This document shows, one piece after another, positions 13,719-25,279 of a DNA stretch of 64,000 nt; the stretch's first letter is position 1, and every line of letters starts with the position of its first letter. Origin of the DNA: Mantamonas sphyraenae STR306 (taxonomy: Eukaryota > Protista > CRuMs); contig JAPMXV010000053.1 in assembly GCA_026936335.1 (NCBI GenBank), positions 1 to 64,000 on the forward strand, read 5' to 3'. The notes under the pieces were generated by a model. That model was not told the DNA's origin. It worked only from the letters and a program-made list of their open reading frames with translations, and searched no databases. Both the position numbers and the translations under genes were made by a program.

Positions 13719-14337
13719 ATGTTTTCCAGACACTCCCCTTCCTCTTCAGCCCCGCTGCACTCTCTCCTCGACTCCAACAGCACCTCTGACTTTGTTTCCT
13801 CTGCTCTCCATGCTGCATCACTCGCCCACGACGAGCAGCAGCCGGTCGGACTTGCGGCCGTCGGAGCTTTGCACAGCACACACGTCGTCGCCTACGCTCC
13901 GCTCGACCCCGTGGAGCACCCGCACTACAACCCTGTCCGTGAGCGCATGCGCCAAAACCCATGGGTCCTCGTCCGTAAGTCACACTTCCGCCTCTTTTCC
14001 CCATCGTCTCCCGCCTTGCCTCCGGACGTCGCTCGTCCCCCGCTCCCCTGCCCTCCCCCGTCACCCACTCACCCCACTCACCCCACACACACATACACAC
14101 ATACACACGCACACAGTCGCCGGTGCCACCGGTGCCATCCTCATCGGTGGCCTCATCTCCTTCAAGCAGGGCAACAAAGTGCGCTCGCAACAGTTCATGC
14201 GCGCACGCGTCGTTGCCCAGGGTGCAACAATCACCCTCATGCTCTACAGCCTCGCTCAGATGCGCAACCAGGCTATCGAGGCACAAAACGAACAGCAGCA
14301 ACAACAGCAACAGGAGCAAAGCATCCAAAGCCAGTGA
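13719..14337 (+). CDS. HIG1-domain mitochondrial protein (Rcf1/HIGD2-like); join(13719..13974,14117..14337)
   Basis: RERMRQNPWVLV|LAGATGAILIGGLISFKQGNKVRSQQFMRARVVAQG. Intron GTAAGT..CACAG. The start codon is tentative. Confidence 0.85.
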
Positions 14338-14363
14338 CCTTCTTCTTTCTTCCGCCACCCACC

Positions 14364-15268
14364 CTACATCCTCGCCGTCATCCCCCCGTCCACAATGGCG
14401 CAGTGGCCAGTCATGTACAGAGAATCCGGCGACGCAAGCAGCAGCACAGCATCGGCAATCTCCTCCGCGTTCCCAAACCGCTTCAGCGGAATGTACCGCG
14501 AATACTTCTCCTCTTGATCCGCCACAATGTCGCTCATCCTCGTCCGGATGATCCCTGGGCACACACAGTTGATTCGAATCTTCCGCTTTGCATACTCTGC
14601 CGCCGCGCTCTTGGTCAGCCCCACCACGGCGTGCTTGCTTCCTGCGTACGCCGCGTTGAACTTGAACGCCGCTACGTGTGTCCCCATCCAAGTGTGTGCG
14701 TGTGTCCATGTCTGCGTCAGTGTCTCTTTCTCGTGCACCGCCCGGTTTCCGCGCACACAAACTCACTGATGCCCGCCACACTCGCTGTGTTCACAATCGA
14801 ATACACAGGATGCTCCGCTTCGCTGTTCTCCTTCTCCGCTGCCTCCTCCTCTGCCCACCGCTGCTCCATCATCTGTTCCACGATGTACTTCATGCACAAA
14901 AACACCCCCGTCACGTTGATGGCCATCACTCGCAGAAACTCCTGTGTGTCGTATTCGTGCGTCACCTGCAGCGGGCCTCGGATCCCGGCGTTGTTCACCC
15001 CAATGTCCACCCTCCCAAACTTCTCCACCGTCTTGGCCACCATTGCCTTGACGCTCTCTTCGTCCGTCACGTCTGTCTTCACAAACAGTGCCTTCCCGCC
15101 CGCAGCCTCCACCTCCGCCACCGTCTCTTTCCCCTCCCGCTCCAGCACATCCGCCACACACACTGCCGCGCCTCGCTCTGCCAGCTTCAGCGTCACCGCC
15201 TTGCCGATGCCCAGCGCCCCGCCCGTCACAATGGCAACCTTGCCTTCGAGGGTCCCTCTCTCACTCAT
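14364..15268 (-). CDS. Classical short-chain dehydrogenase/reductase; complement(join(14364..14671,14767..15268))
   Basis: Motifs [21 protein letters not shown] and IRINCVCPG. Intron GTGAGT..TAG. Confidence 0.95.
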
Positions 15269-15345
15269 CGCAATGCAGTTGCTTGCGACTGCGCCTGCAC
15301 CTCCACCGAAAACCCCCCTTTCAACTCCACCACCCTTGTTCCAAG

Positions 15346-17799
15346 ATGATGCAACCACCGATCATTTTGCTGCGTGAAGGTACGGATACCTCTCAGGGCA
15401 TCCCCCAGATCGTTTCCAACATCAACGCCTGCACCGCCGTCGTCGACTCGGTGCGCACTACCCTCGGTACGTTTCCCTCCTTCCACACAACCACCCATCT
15501 CTTCCACCACCATCCCACCCATCCCCATGCTCCCGCAACCGCCTATTCCACCCCTCCGCTCCCTTCCCTCCTGTCCTCCCACCCCCCCTCTTCCTCCTGC
15601 CTCCGCACCCTGCCCCCAAACGATCAGAAACGGCTCACCTTTTCCCACCTCTTGCACAGGTCCTCGTGGCATGGACAAGCTCGTTGTCAACCAGAACAAG
15701 CAGGTCACCATCTCCAACGATGGTGCCACCATCATGAAGCTGCTCGACATCGTTCACCCGGCTGCGTCCACCCTTGTGCAGATTGCAAAGAGCCAGGTCA
15801 GTTCCGCAACACCACACCCGCCCCTTTCCTCTCCTCCCTCCGTTGCCTACCATCTCCAACCTACCCGTGCCGCCTTGAACGCCTCCCTAAACGCTCGTCC
15901 TTTGCCCTCATCCCCTGCCCGCTGTCCCACCTCCCTTCCGCCGCGTCTGCCCTCCGTGTTCACTGCGCGCGCGCGAATTGCGAGGAAGGCGCGGCGAAGG
16001 AAAACCGCGCCAAAACACCACCCGCTCGCCCTGGCGCCAAAATCATCCACGTCCAATGCCCACATCCCGCACATATCCTGCACACCATGCTCACCTTGCC
16101 TCTTGGCACATCTCGCGCACGCAAACCTCCTCCCCACAGGACAACGAGGTCGGAGACGGCACCACCAGCGTCGTCGTCCTCAGCGGCGCATTCCTCAAGG
16201 AGGCCCAGGCCTTTGTTGAAGAGGGCGTCCATCCCCAGACCATCATCCGTGGCTTCCGCAGCGCCCAGGCTCTCGTATGTTGCCCCTGCCTCGCCTTCAC
16301 TCTGCCCAACTCCTTCACACACACACAGCCCACCCCGTCCAACATGCGGAATCCCGCGCTCTTTTTCCTGCCAAGTCCCTCCGACGCCCACGCACTTCTT
16401 CTCCTCCCTGCATCTCACACCTCCAACCGCGCTCCTCTCCACAACACACAGTGCCTCGAGCGCCTCGACGAGATTGCTGTCGAAACCTCCAAGGACGAAG
16501 AGTGCGTTTGTGTGATCACCCCGCACTCCGGGTCGCTGCCCCCTTCTCTTCCACTCACACACTCGGCCCAACCCCACCTCATCCCACAGCGAGCAAGTCA
16601 ACATGCTCCGCAAGTGTGCCGAAACAGCCCTCAACTCCAAACTCGTCGCCAAGAACCGCGAGTTCTTCTCAGAGAAAATCGTCGCCGCCGTCAAGCACCT
16701 CGACGACGACCTTGACCTCAGCCTCATCGGCATCAAGAAGGTCCAGGGTGGCGCTGTCGAGGACTCCCTCTACGTCGAGGGTGTCGCCTTCAAGAAGACC
16801 TTCAGCTACGCCGGCTTCGAGCAGCAGCCCAAGGCCTTCGACGACCCGCTCATTGCCGTCCTCAACATCGAGCTCGAGCTCAAGGCCGAGAAGGAGAACT
16901 CCGAGGTCCGTGTCGACGACCCCGAGAAGTATCAGTCCATCGTCGATGCCGAGTGGGACCTCATCTACCAGAAGCTCGAGAACATCGTCGAGAGCGGCGC
17001 AAAGGTCGTCCTCTCCCGCCTTGCCATCGGCGATCTCGCCACACAGTACTTTGCCGACCGCGACATCTTTTGCGCTGGCCGCGTCGAGGCTGGCGACCTT
17101 CGCCGTGTCTGCAAGGCCACCGGCGCCGTCCAGCAGACTTCCGTCAACGACCTCAACAACGATGTCCTCGGCACCTGTGCACGTTTCGAGGAGCGACAGG
17201 TCGGCGCCGAGCGCTTCAACTTCTTCACCGGCTGCGCAAACGCACGCACCGTCTCCTTTGTCCTCCGCGGCGGCTCCCAGCAGTTTATGGAGGAGAGCCA
17301 CCGCAGTATCCACGACGCCATCATGATTGTCCGCCGTGCCATGAAGCACTCGGACGTCGTTGCAGGCGGTGGCGCTGTCGAGATGGAACTCTCCCGCCAC
17401 CTCCGTGCCTACGCCAAGGAGCTCACAAACAAGCAACAGCTCGTCATCACCGCCTTTGCCCGTGCCCTCGAGGTTATTCCGCGCCAGCTCGCAGAGAACG
17501 CAGGCTTTGACTCCACAGACATCATCACCAAGCTTCGCTCCGCCCACGAGACCGAGCCCAAGGCAAACATGTGGTACGGCGTCGACATCGACAACGAGGA
17601 CATCTGCGACACCTTTGAGCGCAACGTCTGGGAGCCCAAGCTCGTCAAGCGCAACGCAATCGTTTCCGCCATCGAAGCTGCCACAACCATCCTCTCCATC
17701 GATGAGACCGTCACCAACCCCAAGAGCGAGCAGGCCCAGAAGAGCGACTACCCTGCCGGCCAATACGGCGGCGGACGCGGACGTGGAATGCGTCGCTAA
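15346..17799 (+). CDS. CCT7: T-complex protein 1 subunit eta; join(15346..15466,15660..15796,16140..16274,16452..16501,16590..17799)
   Basis: [54 protein letters not shown] and a GRGRGMRR tail. Four in-phase introns. Confidence 0.97.
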
Positions 17800-17923
17800 G
17801 CGCACCTCCCACACTCAATACAGCACACCCTCCAGACCTGCAACACCCCGAATCCTTCCTCCTCCTCAGCACACACCGCTCCCCCCCCCTCCCCGACCAA
17901 TCCGTTCTTCTGCCCCTTTCCCC

Positions 17924-20900
17924 ATGGACACCTCCCAACCAGATTGGCTCCAGGGCTTCCTTTCCCCAACCGCCACCAAGCGCATGAGCACTCGCTCCAC
18001 ACGCTCCACAGGCCTGGCCGAAATGAAACTGCGTTTCAAACGCGCCACCTCGTCCTCCTCCGCCGCCGCCTCCTCCTATGCCCTTCCCAACACCGACGAC
18101 GACGACGCAGACGACGACGACGACGATCATCTTACTCCTCGCACTCAAGCATTTCGCCAACACATCCAACGGCACATCCCACTGGCCTCGGAGCGCTTTG
18201 CCGGCCGCCTCCTCGCCTCCACCTCCACAACCACCACCTCCACGTCCTCCTCCACTTCTCCCACCTCCTCCTCCACCACCTCCCCTTCGTCAACCCCCTC
18301 CTCACCTCCTCCCTCCTCCCCGTCCTCCTCACGAGCTCCATCCCCACAACCTGCAACCACCACCACCACCTCCTCCTCCTCCTCCTCCACCACCACCGCC
18401 TCGCCTCCCTCCTCCCCGCCCTCTCCGTCCGACGACACCCCAAGATCCGTCAAAGCCCTCCTCCAGTCCTCTGAACAGCTCAACGTCCTCGCTGCTCTCG
18501 ACGAACGCGCCATCCACAAACTCCACGCCCACTTTGGCCCAAACCCAAACGCCTCCCCACGCGACAACGAATCACACTCCCTCGTGGACACACACACACA
18601 CACACTCGACCTCCTCCACTTTACATCCGCCGTCCTAGCCTCTATGGGCCTCTCTCGCACAGACCTCTCCGAAGACCACATCCCCACCATCCAACGTATC
18701 ATCACCCTCTTTCAACGTGTCGACATCATGGACACCGGCGTCATCTCCTGGTCCGATCTCCTCGACTTTATCACCACCACGCCCCAGGACACCGATCCCT
18801 CCGCACGCCAGGGCCTCACCTTTGTACGCACCCTATCCCCACCCATCCCCACCCATCCCCACCCCACTGACCCACCCTCCTCCCACTGACCCACAGTACC
18901 AATCCACCCCCTTTGTCGCCGAACTCGACACTCCCTTCTCCCAACTCTTCGCCTTGCCCACCTTTGCACACCTCGTCGCCTACGCCAACGGCTCCCTCTA
19001 TCTGTGCGACACAAACACAGGCGCCGTCCGCTTCCAAACAAAACTCCACGTCGCCCAGCTCATGGGTGTCGCTCATGTCCCTCGTGCTCACCATATCTAC
19101 GCATCCACTCCCGACAGTCGCATCCTCGCCTTTGACACACATCGCCACTCTGTTTCATTCATCCGTGCCCCAGACGTCCAACTCTGCCTCCTCTACCACC
19201 CTGCGCACGACCTCCTACTCTCCGGTGACAACAGGGGCCAGCTCGTAGCATGGAGCATCGCCAAGCGCGGCACACTCACAAAACGCGCCTCCAGCATGCA
19301 GTTTGACAAGTTCCACACAGACTGGCTCACCGTTCTCGCTCCATTTGACGACAACCACGTCCTCTCGGGCTCCCTCGACCACACCGTTCGCCTCTGGAAT
19401 ATCGAAGCACGCACCTGCCTTTTCACCTACACCGGCCACACAAAGCCCGTCACCTGCATCACCCGCCTCGACTACGACCCCATTGCACTTGCCTCCGCCT
19501 CCAAAGACCGATCCGTTCTCCTCTGGGAGTCCTCCAAAGCCCGTCCCGCCGCAGCCCTCAGAGGCCACGAAACCCAGATCCTCGGCCTCCACCCGGCTCC
19601 CACCTCGTTCCAGCTCCTCTCCTACGACGCCTACGGTGAACTCCGCCTCTGGGACCTCCGCAACAACTCATGCGTCCAGCACATTACCCTCACCCACGAA
19701 TCCAACGACGCTGTCCTCTCTCTCGCCTACAGCCGCGCAAACGCACAGCTCATGGCCAGTGGCTCCACAACATGGTTTCGCCTTCGTGCCCTCACTCCCG
19801 ACGACAACGCTCTCGCCTCTCTCAACTCCATCTCCCACGCCCTCGCATGCAATACCCACACTTCCCTCATTCTCACTGCAGGCCGCGATCTCTCCCTCTG
19901 GTCCCTCCTCGACGGCGCCGTCCTCAAGAGCGTCCCCAGGCTATGCCCGTCCGACATCACTGCCGCCGCACTCGACCACCCCAACGCACGCCTCCTATTT
20001 CTCGGTGACGTCGACGGCACCATCCACCTCTACGACAGCTGCGACGCCACCCCGCTCGGCTTTGCCTCCTGCTTCAACGATCCCCTCACACACATCCACT
20101 TCCAGTCTTCAGACGCCCTCGTCGTCGCCTCCGACTACGGCAGCGTGGCCGTCCTCTCACTCTCTCTCGCCCAAACCAGCTCCAAGTCCATTGACATTCT
20201 CCAGTCCCGCTCCTTCACCTCCAAATGCTCCTCCACCCCACTCTCCACGTACTCCCCCTCTCAGAGACTGCTCCTCCTCGTCGGCGAATCCAGCGAATCC
20301 CAAAACACATCCCCAGCTTCCACCATCGAGCTCTGGCAGATCGACTACGGCTCCCTCCTTCAAAGCATCCAACTCGACGTTCGTGTGCTCAACGCCTGCT
20401 TCTGCGACTCCATCCACGCGCTTGCTATCGCCACAAACTCGGGCTACCTCGACTTTTACGCCATCACCACCCTCCACCTCTTTGCACGCATCCAAATGAC
20501 AGAGTCCCACTCTATCGACGCCATGCACTTTATGCCCACCCACAGGCTTCTCGTCACCGTCCACGACGAGTCTCGAGTCTGCGTCTGGCACCTCGACCGC
20601 ATCATCCAAGACTTTCGCCAACACCACCCGTCCCTTTGTGCCTCCTCCCCTCCCAATGCCTTTCCACCCCTCGGCCAACCTCTCCATGAGTCCTCCTCAG
20701 CATCGTCCTCGTCATCCTCAGACATCGACGACACCGCCTCCGTCGCCTCCTATTCCTCCACCCCGCTCCCAAACATCGACATCTCGCCACGCATCCACAT
20801 GAACAACGCAAAGTTCTTCCAACGATGCGCCTTCGAACCGCTCAACTCCTCCCACATCAGCTGTCTCGCTGTCGTCGATCAGCCCCTCCCTGCCATCCTC

Positions 20901-22478
20901 GTCGGCGGCTACAACGGCAACGCCTCCCTCCACAGCCCCGACGATGGACACATCTACGGCCAGCTCAGCACCGTCACCTCTGTCGATTGGACTTTCCCCA
21001 TCACCGACCAGCTCGCCTCTGCTAGCCAGTGCGAGCACGCTCGACAACTCCTTGACCAGCTCCACCAGCTTGACGACGACGACGACGATCTGCACAGCCA
21101 ATCCAACCACTCCTTGCTTCCTTCCACACCCGTGATCGACCCACACCTCCAGCAAGAGGCTCTCCTGGTTGGACTCAGCCCCTTCTACAGCTATCTCCAG
21201 CGCAACAACATCGCCAAAGCCGACGAGCGCCCATTTTTCCTCCCCAAGCACAAAGACGATGCCGCGACAAAGACCATTGCCTCGTCCACACGCCGCACAG
21301 ACTCTCTCCTTGCAGAGTACCACGCGCGACGTGGCGACGGTCCACTCACAGCTCCTGCAAAACCCGTCGCCGCCTTGTCCACCCTCCTCGACGACAACGC
21401 AAACGCAACCCTCAGCACCCTCAAGGCCGTCAGCAAGTGGAAACCACGCCGCAAGAAGCAGATCAAGTTCACCTCCCGCGAAGTCCTCGACTACCACCTT
21501 GGCGTCCAAGGCAAACAGCCACTCCGCGAACAGCCCAAGCCGACCAAGCGTGAACTCGAGGTCCAACACCTTGTGCGCATGACTCCTTCCACCAGACGCA
21601 CCCTCACGCCCCTGTCCCCCGAGGAGGCCAGTGTCCGCGCGCGCGCACGCATGAAGAAAGTGGCACGACTCAACCTCGGCGTACGATCCACAGACAGCAC
21701 CGCTGCAGGCGCCACATTGTCTGCCTCCAGCCCACTTGCACGCCCCAAGGCTACTGCGGTCAAGCTCGAACGCAAAAAGAAGGCTTCCATCGACGACGCC
21801 CAGCGCAAGGTCCTTGATCGCAGGCAGCAGCGCGTTGAAAGCCCAGTCCTCATTCCCGCCGACCTCGAACCCGGCGCCCAGGCCTCTGCAGAAGCCATGG
21901 CACTACGCCTGCGCCGTCTCAACATCCTCGACGACGATCTCGAGCTCGATGCGGTCCGCCGTGGCAAGCGTGTCCAAGCTGACGGCGCCTCGGCCGCCGA
22001 CCTCGCTTTGCGCACTCCGAATGCCCAACCCTCAGCCGCTACGACTCCGGCCCTGTCTGAAGACGCCTTGCGCGTTGACATGCCCTGGAGTCCCGGCGTC
22101 GTTCTCTTTCACCAGAAGACGCCGCAATCGGACGATGCCTTGCGCCTCCGCCGCCGCTTGTTCGCCACAACGTCAACCCACGCCGTCTCGACCACCGCTT
22201 CACGAGATCCGTTGGTGAAAAACACAGCCCAGCGCAAGCGCGACGCTCAACAGGCCCAGAACAAAGCCGACGCAGCACGAAAGGAAAAAGCTCGCAAGCG
22301 CCGCGCACGACAGCTCACACGCATGCGCGAAGAACGCAAGCTGCGTGAAGAAGAGACCCAACAGCAAGAGCTCGAAGCTGCTCGCAACCTGCAAACGACA
22401 AAAGAAATCGAATCCCTGCGCAAACGACTCGAGTTTTTGCGCCAGCTCAATAAGTGGGACTCCAAACATGCAGATTGA
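17924..22478 (+). CDS. EF-hand plus WD40-repeat protein (WDR49/WDR64/EFCAB8-like) with a basic coiled-coil tail; join(17924..18823,18897..22478)
   Basis: EF-hand LFQRVDIMDTGVISWSDLLDF, and WD repeats (SGSLDHTVRLWNI, GHTKPV, GELRLWDL). Intron GTACGC..CACAG. Confidence 0.75.
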
Positions 22479-22484
22479 ATTATT

Positions 22485-23789
22485 TCAGATCGCACGGAAC
22501 GCCATTGGATCCTTTTCGGGCTTGCGGCACATGCCCCTGCGATACAACACGATGCCCACGGCAGCACCGACCACAGCCAGACACGAAATCACAACCGCCG
22601 CGACCACGCCTGGGTTTGTCGGCTCGGCCGAAAACACAGCAAGCCACACTGATCCCGTGTCGACCTGAACTGTCATGTTCTGTGCAGGGGTGCCCACTCC
22701 AACCACGGTGAAAAACTGCATCGAATCGCTTGTCACTTGCTGCTTGCTTTCCGATGCCTCCAGCCGCCGACCCTGCGTTTCCTGCCTTAATGCTGCCACA
22801 ACGTCCGATGCCACGCGTATGCGTGGCTCCAGCGCCATCCCTCGGTGCGTGTCTGCTGCCTCCTGCACATCCCGGGAATGAAGCGTCACCCGCCCCGCTT
22901 TCGCCGCCGGCGTGAATCCAGACTTTTGTTTCGCAAAGCCCAGCCGGGGCGGGCTCTTTGTCACGTCGTGCACAACCACGTTGCCAAGGAAAAAGGGCAC
23001 ACCCATCGAACAGTAGCTCGGGTCGTCGCTCACAGTCGTGACGCACACCTTGTTGTCCTTGTCCACATAGCTGTCCCACGGCACCTCCACCTCCACCCCA
23101 GAGCCCAAATCAAACGTGAGAGTAGGCTTGGAAGCCTGCAGCGTCCGAAAGTCCGCCTGGAAGCGTTGGTGCTGCACACTCGGCAGGATCAGACACGACG
23201 CCCCGCTGTCCACGTGGCACTTCATCGCGCTTGAGCTCGTCGTCTTGGCGCCCATCTTGAAGCTACCCACCGTCACGTAGTACTTCGTGAACGTTCCTGC
23301 TTCGTCTTTCACCACGTCCACAAACTGCGGCTCCGCCGCAACGCTCTCCGCCTCCCACCCTCCCAGCTGGAGCTCTCCCTTTTCGCTCTGCAGCGCCAGC
23401 GCAAAAATGTTGCGTTTCAGCAAGTTGCCCGTGTGGCTCGTGTTTGTGAGCGAGTACATCAACGGGAACGGCGTCAAGCTGTCGCTGACATTCCGCAGGC
23501 CAAAACCAACAATCCCGTCGTGCCGCCACGTGCCCTTGCTCTCTCGTGCTCCCCCGAACCCTCCCATGCTATTGTATTCGCCCAGAGCCAGTCTCTCCCG
23601 TGCCACGTAGCCTGTCAGCTGTGACGTGTCTGCGTACGACACCGCAAAGTTTTGGTTCTTTGCTGTGAACGAGCTCGAGGCTGCTGGATCAAATGGCTTG
23701 CCCTCCACCAGCGTAACCAGCGCCGCCGCCGCCACCACCACACACACAACCACCGCCCTTACAGCCGCTCCTGGCCCTTTTGCACTCAT
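22485..23789 (-). CDS. Pepsin-family (A1) aspartic protease, circularly permuted, with a signal peptide and C-terminal TM anchor
   Basis: One uninterrupted ORF in this order: signal peptide, FDPAASSSF, flap SYAD, DGIVGFG, GELQLGG, VDSGAS, MGVPFF, RLGFA, then FFTVVGVGTPAQNMTVQVDTGS, then a TM helix. Confidence 0.9.
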   Translation of the reverse strand: MSAKGPGAAVRAVVVCVVVAAAALVTLVEGKPFDPAASSSFTAKNQNFAVSYADTSQLTGYVARERLALGEYNSMGGFGGARESKGTWRHDGIVGFGLRNVSDSLTPFPLMYSLTNTSHTGNLLKRNIFALALQSEKGELQLGGWEAESVAAEPQFVDVVKDEAGTFTKYYVTVGSFKMGAKTTSSSAMKCHVDSGASCLILPSVQHQRFQADFRTLQASKPTLTFDLGSGVEVEVPWDSYVDKDNKVCVTTVSDDPSYCSMGVPFFLGNVVVHDVTKSPPRLGFAKQKSGFTPAAKAGRVTLHSRDVQEAADTHRGMALEPRIRVASDVVAALRQETQGRRLEASESKQQVTSDSMQFFTVVGVGTPAQNMTVQVDTGSVWLAVFSAEPTNPGVVAAVVISCLAVVGAAVGIVLYRRGMCRKPEKDPMAFRAI

Positions 23790-24113
23790 TCGCAACGTCT
23801 GGCGTGTTGGTTCCCTCCTCGCACCTCCTTTTCTTCCCACTCTCCTTGCCCACATGCTCTTTCATCCCATCATCCTCTCCTCTTCCTCGCTTCCCACCAA
23901 ACTGCCCACACAACGCCACCTCGACACATGCGCGACTTGACCCAACCGGATTACCTTTACGGAACAACCTTTTGTATCACACTTGTGTCTGACCTGTGCG
24001 GCTTACCTACACGTGCAATCGATCACACACAAACAACATACCAAAGGAACAACAACGCGACACACGTCCACACGTCCATTCAACGACACGAAGAAACACA
24101 ACGCACAAAAACG

Positions 24114-25100
24114 ATGGATCTCGATTTTGACGCCTTTCTCCTGGACGACCTCGTCACCACTGATCTGACCGACTCCCTCGACGCCCTCATGCCTCTCCAC
24201 GCCCAACTGGACCTGGAAGCAGACTGGACGCACGAAGCGGACACGGACAGGTGCGTTGCAACTTGCCCACCCGCAAACTCGGAACACGCGCCCCGCCTTC
24301 CCGCTTCCCGCACATGCAGCCCTCGCCTTCTCACGCCGCCTTGTCTGTTCGCCTCGCCTCCACGCAGCCTCGACGACGAGTCTGTGTACTCTGACGACAC
24401 CGAGCGTGTCGAACACAACGACGGCGACGGCATGGACCTCGACGACACCCAGGAATTCGTCCTCGGTGAAGCACCCCTTGTCGACGCCGTCATGTCCAAG
24501 GCTTCCAACGAAGCTTTGGAAGAGCTGCTGCGCCGCAACGCAGACGTGCTCCAGCACGACGACGCGCCTCTGCGTGTCGTGCGTGCCTGCCACGCTGGCC
24601 GTTCGTTTGCCAGCATCGAAAAGCCGCGTCTCGGTGCAGTCACTCTGGTGACGTCTCCCGACGCCTCGGCCCTCTTTACCAAAGCTTCCACTGGCCCAGG
24701 ACGCCTTGGTCATGGCTGGCGCAGCGATGGGGCCCAGCGCAAGCTCAAGGACAGCACCCTTCGCCACAAGTACTTTGTCAACACCGATGCAGACCTGCAG
24801 CACCAGAGCCTCCACGTCTGGTGGCTCACAGACATGCACGACCGCTTCCTCATGCACATGCTGCCCAAAGACCAGCGTGTGTCCAAGCGCAAGTTTGACG
24901 CCAAGGACGACCAGCCCGCCCTCACCATTGACCCTGAGGGTTGGTTCGTCTCCAATCCCGACTTTGACCTCGACGTCGGCTTCCTGGACGTCCTGTCAGA
25001 TCCCCTGCCCATCGACAACGATGCGTTTGACTCCTGCAGCTCGTCCGGAGCGAAGACCCACACGCCCCTTGTCGCTTCACCCAAACGCCGACGTCTCTGA
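24114..25100 (+). CDS. Putative transcription factor with a CG-1/CAMTA-like DNA-binding domain; probably join(24114..24250,24368..25100)
   Basis: Acidic and hydrophobic termini, a core of KPRLGAVTLV..LGHGWRSDG..KYF..HVWWL..FLMHM, and a C-terminal NLS (SPKRRRL). Candidate 117-nt in-frame intron GTGCGT..CGCAG. Confidence 0.5.
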   Translation: MDLDFDAFLLDDLVTTDLTDSLDALMPLHAQLDLEADWTHEADTDRCVATCPPANSEHAPRLPASRTCSPRLLTPPCLFASPPRSLDDESVYSDDTERVEHNDGDGMDLDDTQEFVLGEAPLVDAVMSKASNEALEELLRRNADVLQHDDAPLRVVRACHAGRSFASIEKPRLGAVTLVTSPDASALFTKASTGPGRLGHGWRSDGAQRKLKDSTLRHKYFVNTDADLQHQSLHVWWLTDMHDRFLMHMLPKDQRVSKRKFDAKDDQPALTIDPEGWFVSNPDFDLDVGFLDVLSDPLPIDNDAFDSCSSSGAKTHTPLVASPKRRRL

Positions 25101-25279
25101 TTTCAACAGGCGCAAGGCCGACAGCACACTTCACACACACACTTCACACAGCCACAGAGCCACAGAGCCCTGTCGCACCTTGTGTGTGTGTGTGTGCGTG
25201 AGTTCTGCGAGCAGAGTGTTGCCGTCGTGCCCGCCCGATCCAATACACACAATCGAAATCACCAACGAACCCCTCGCCC

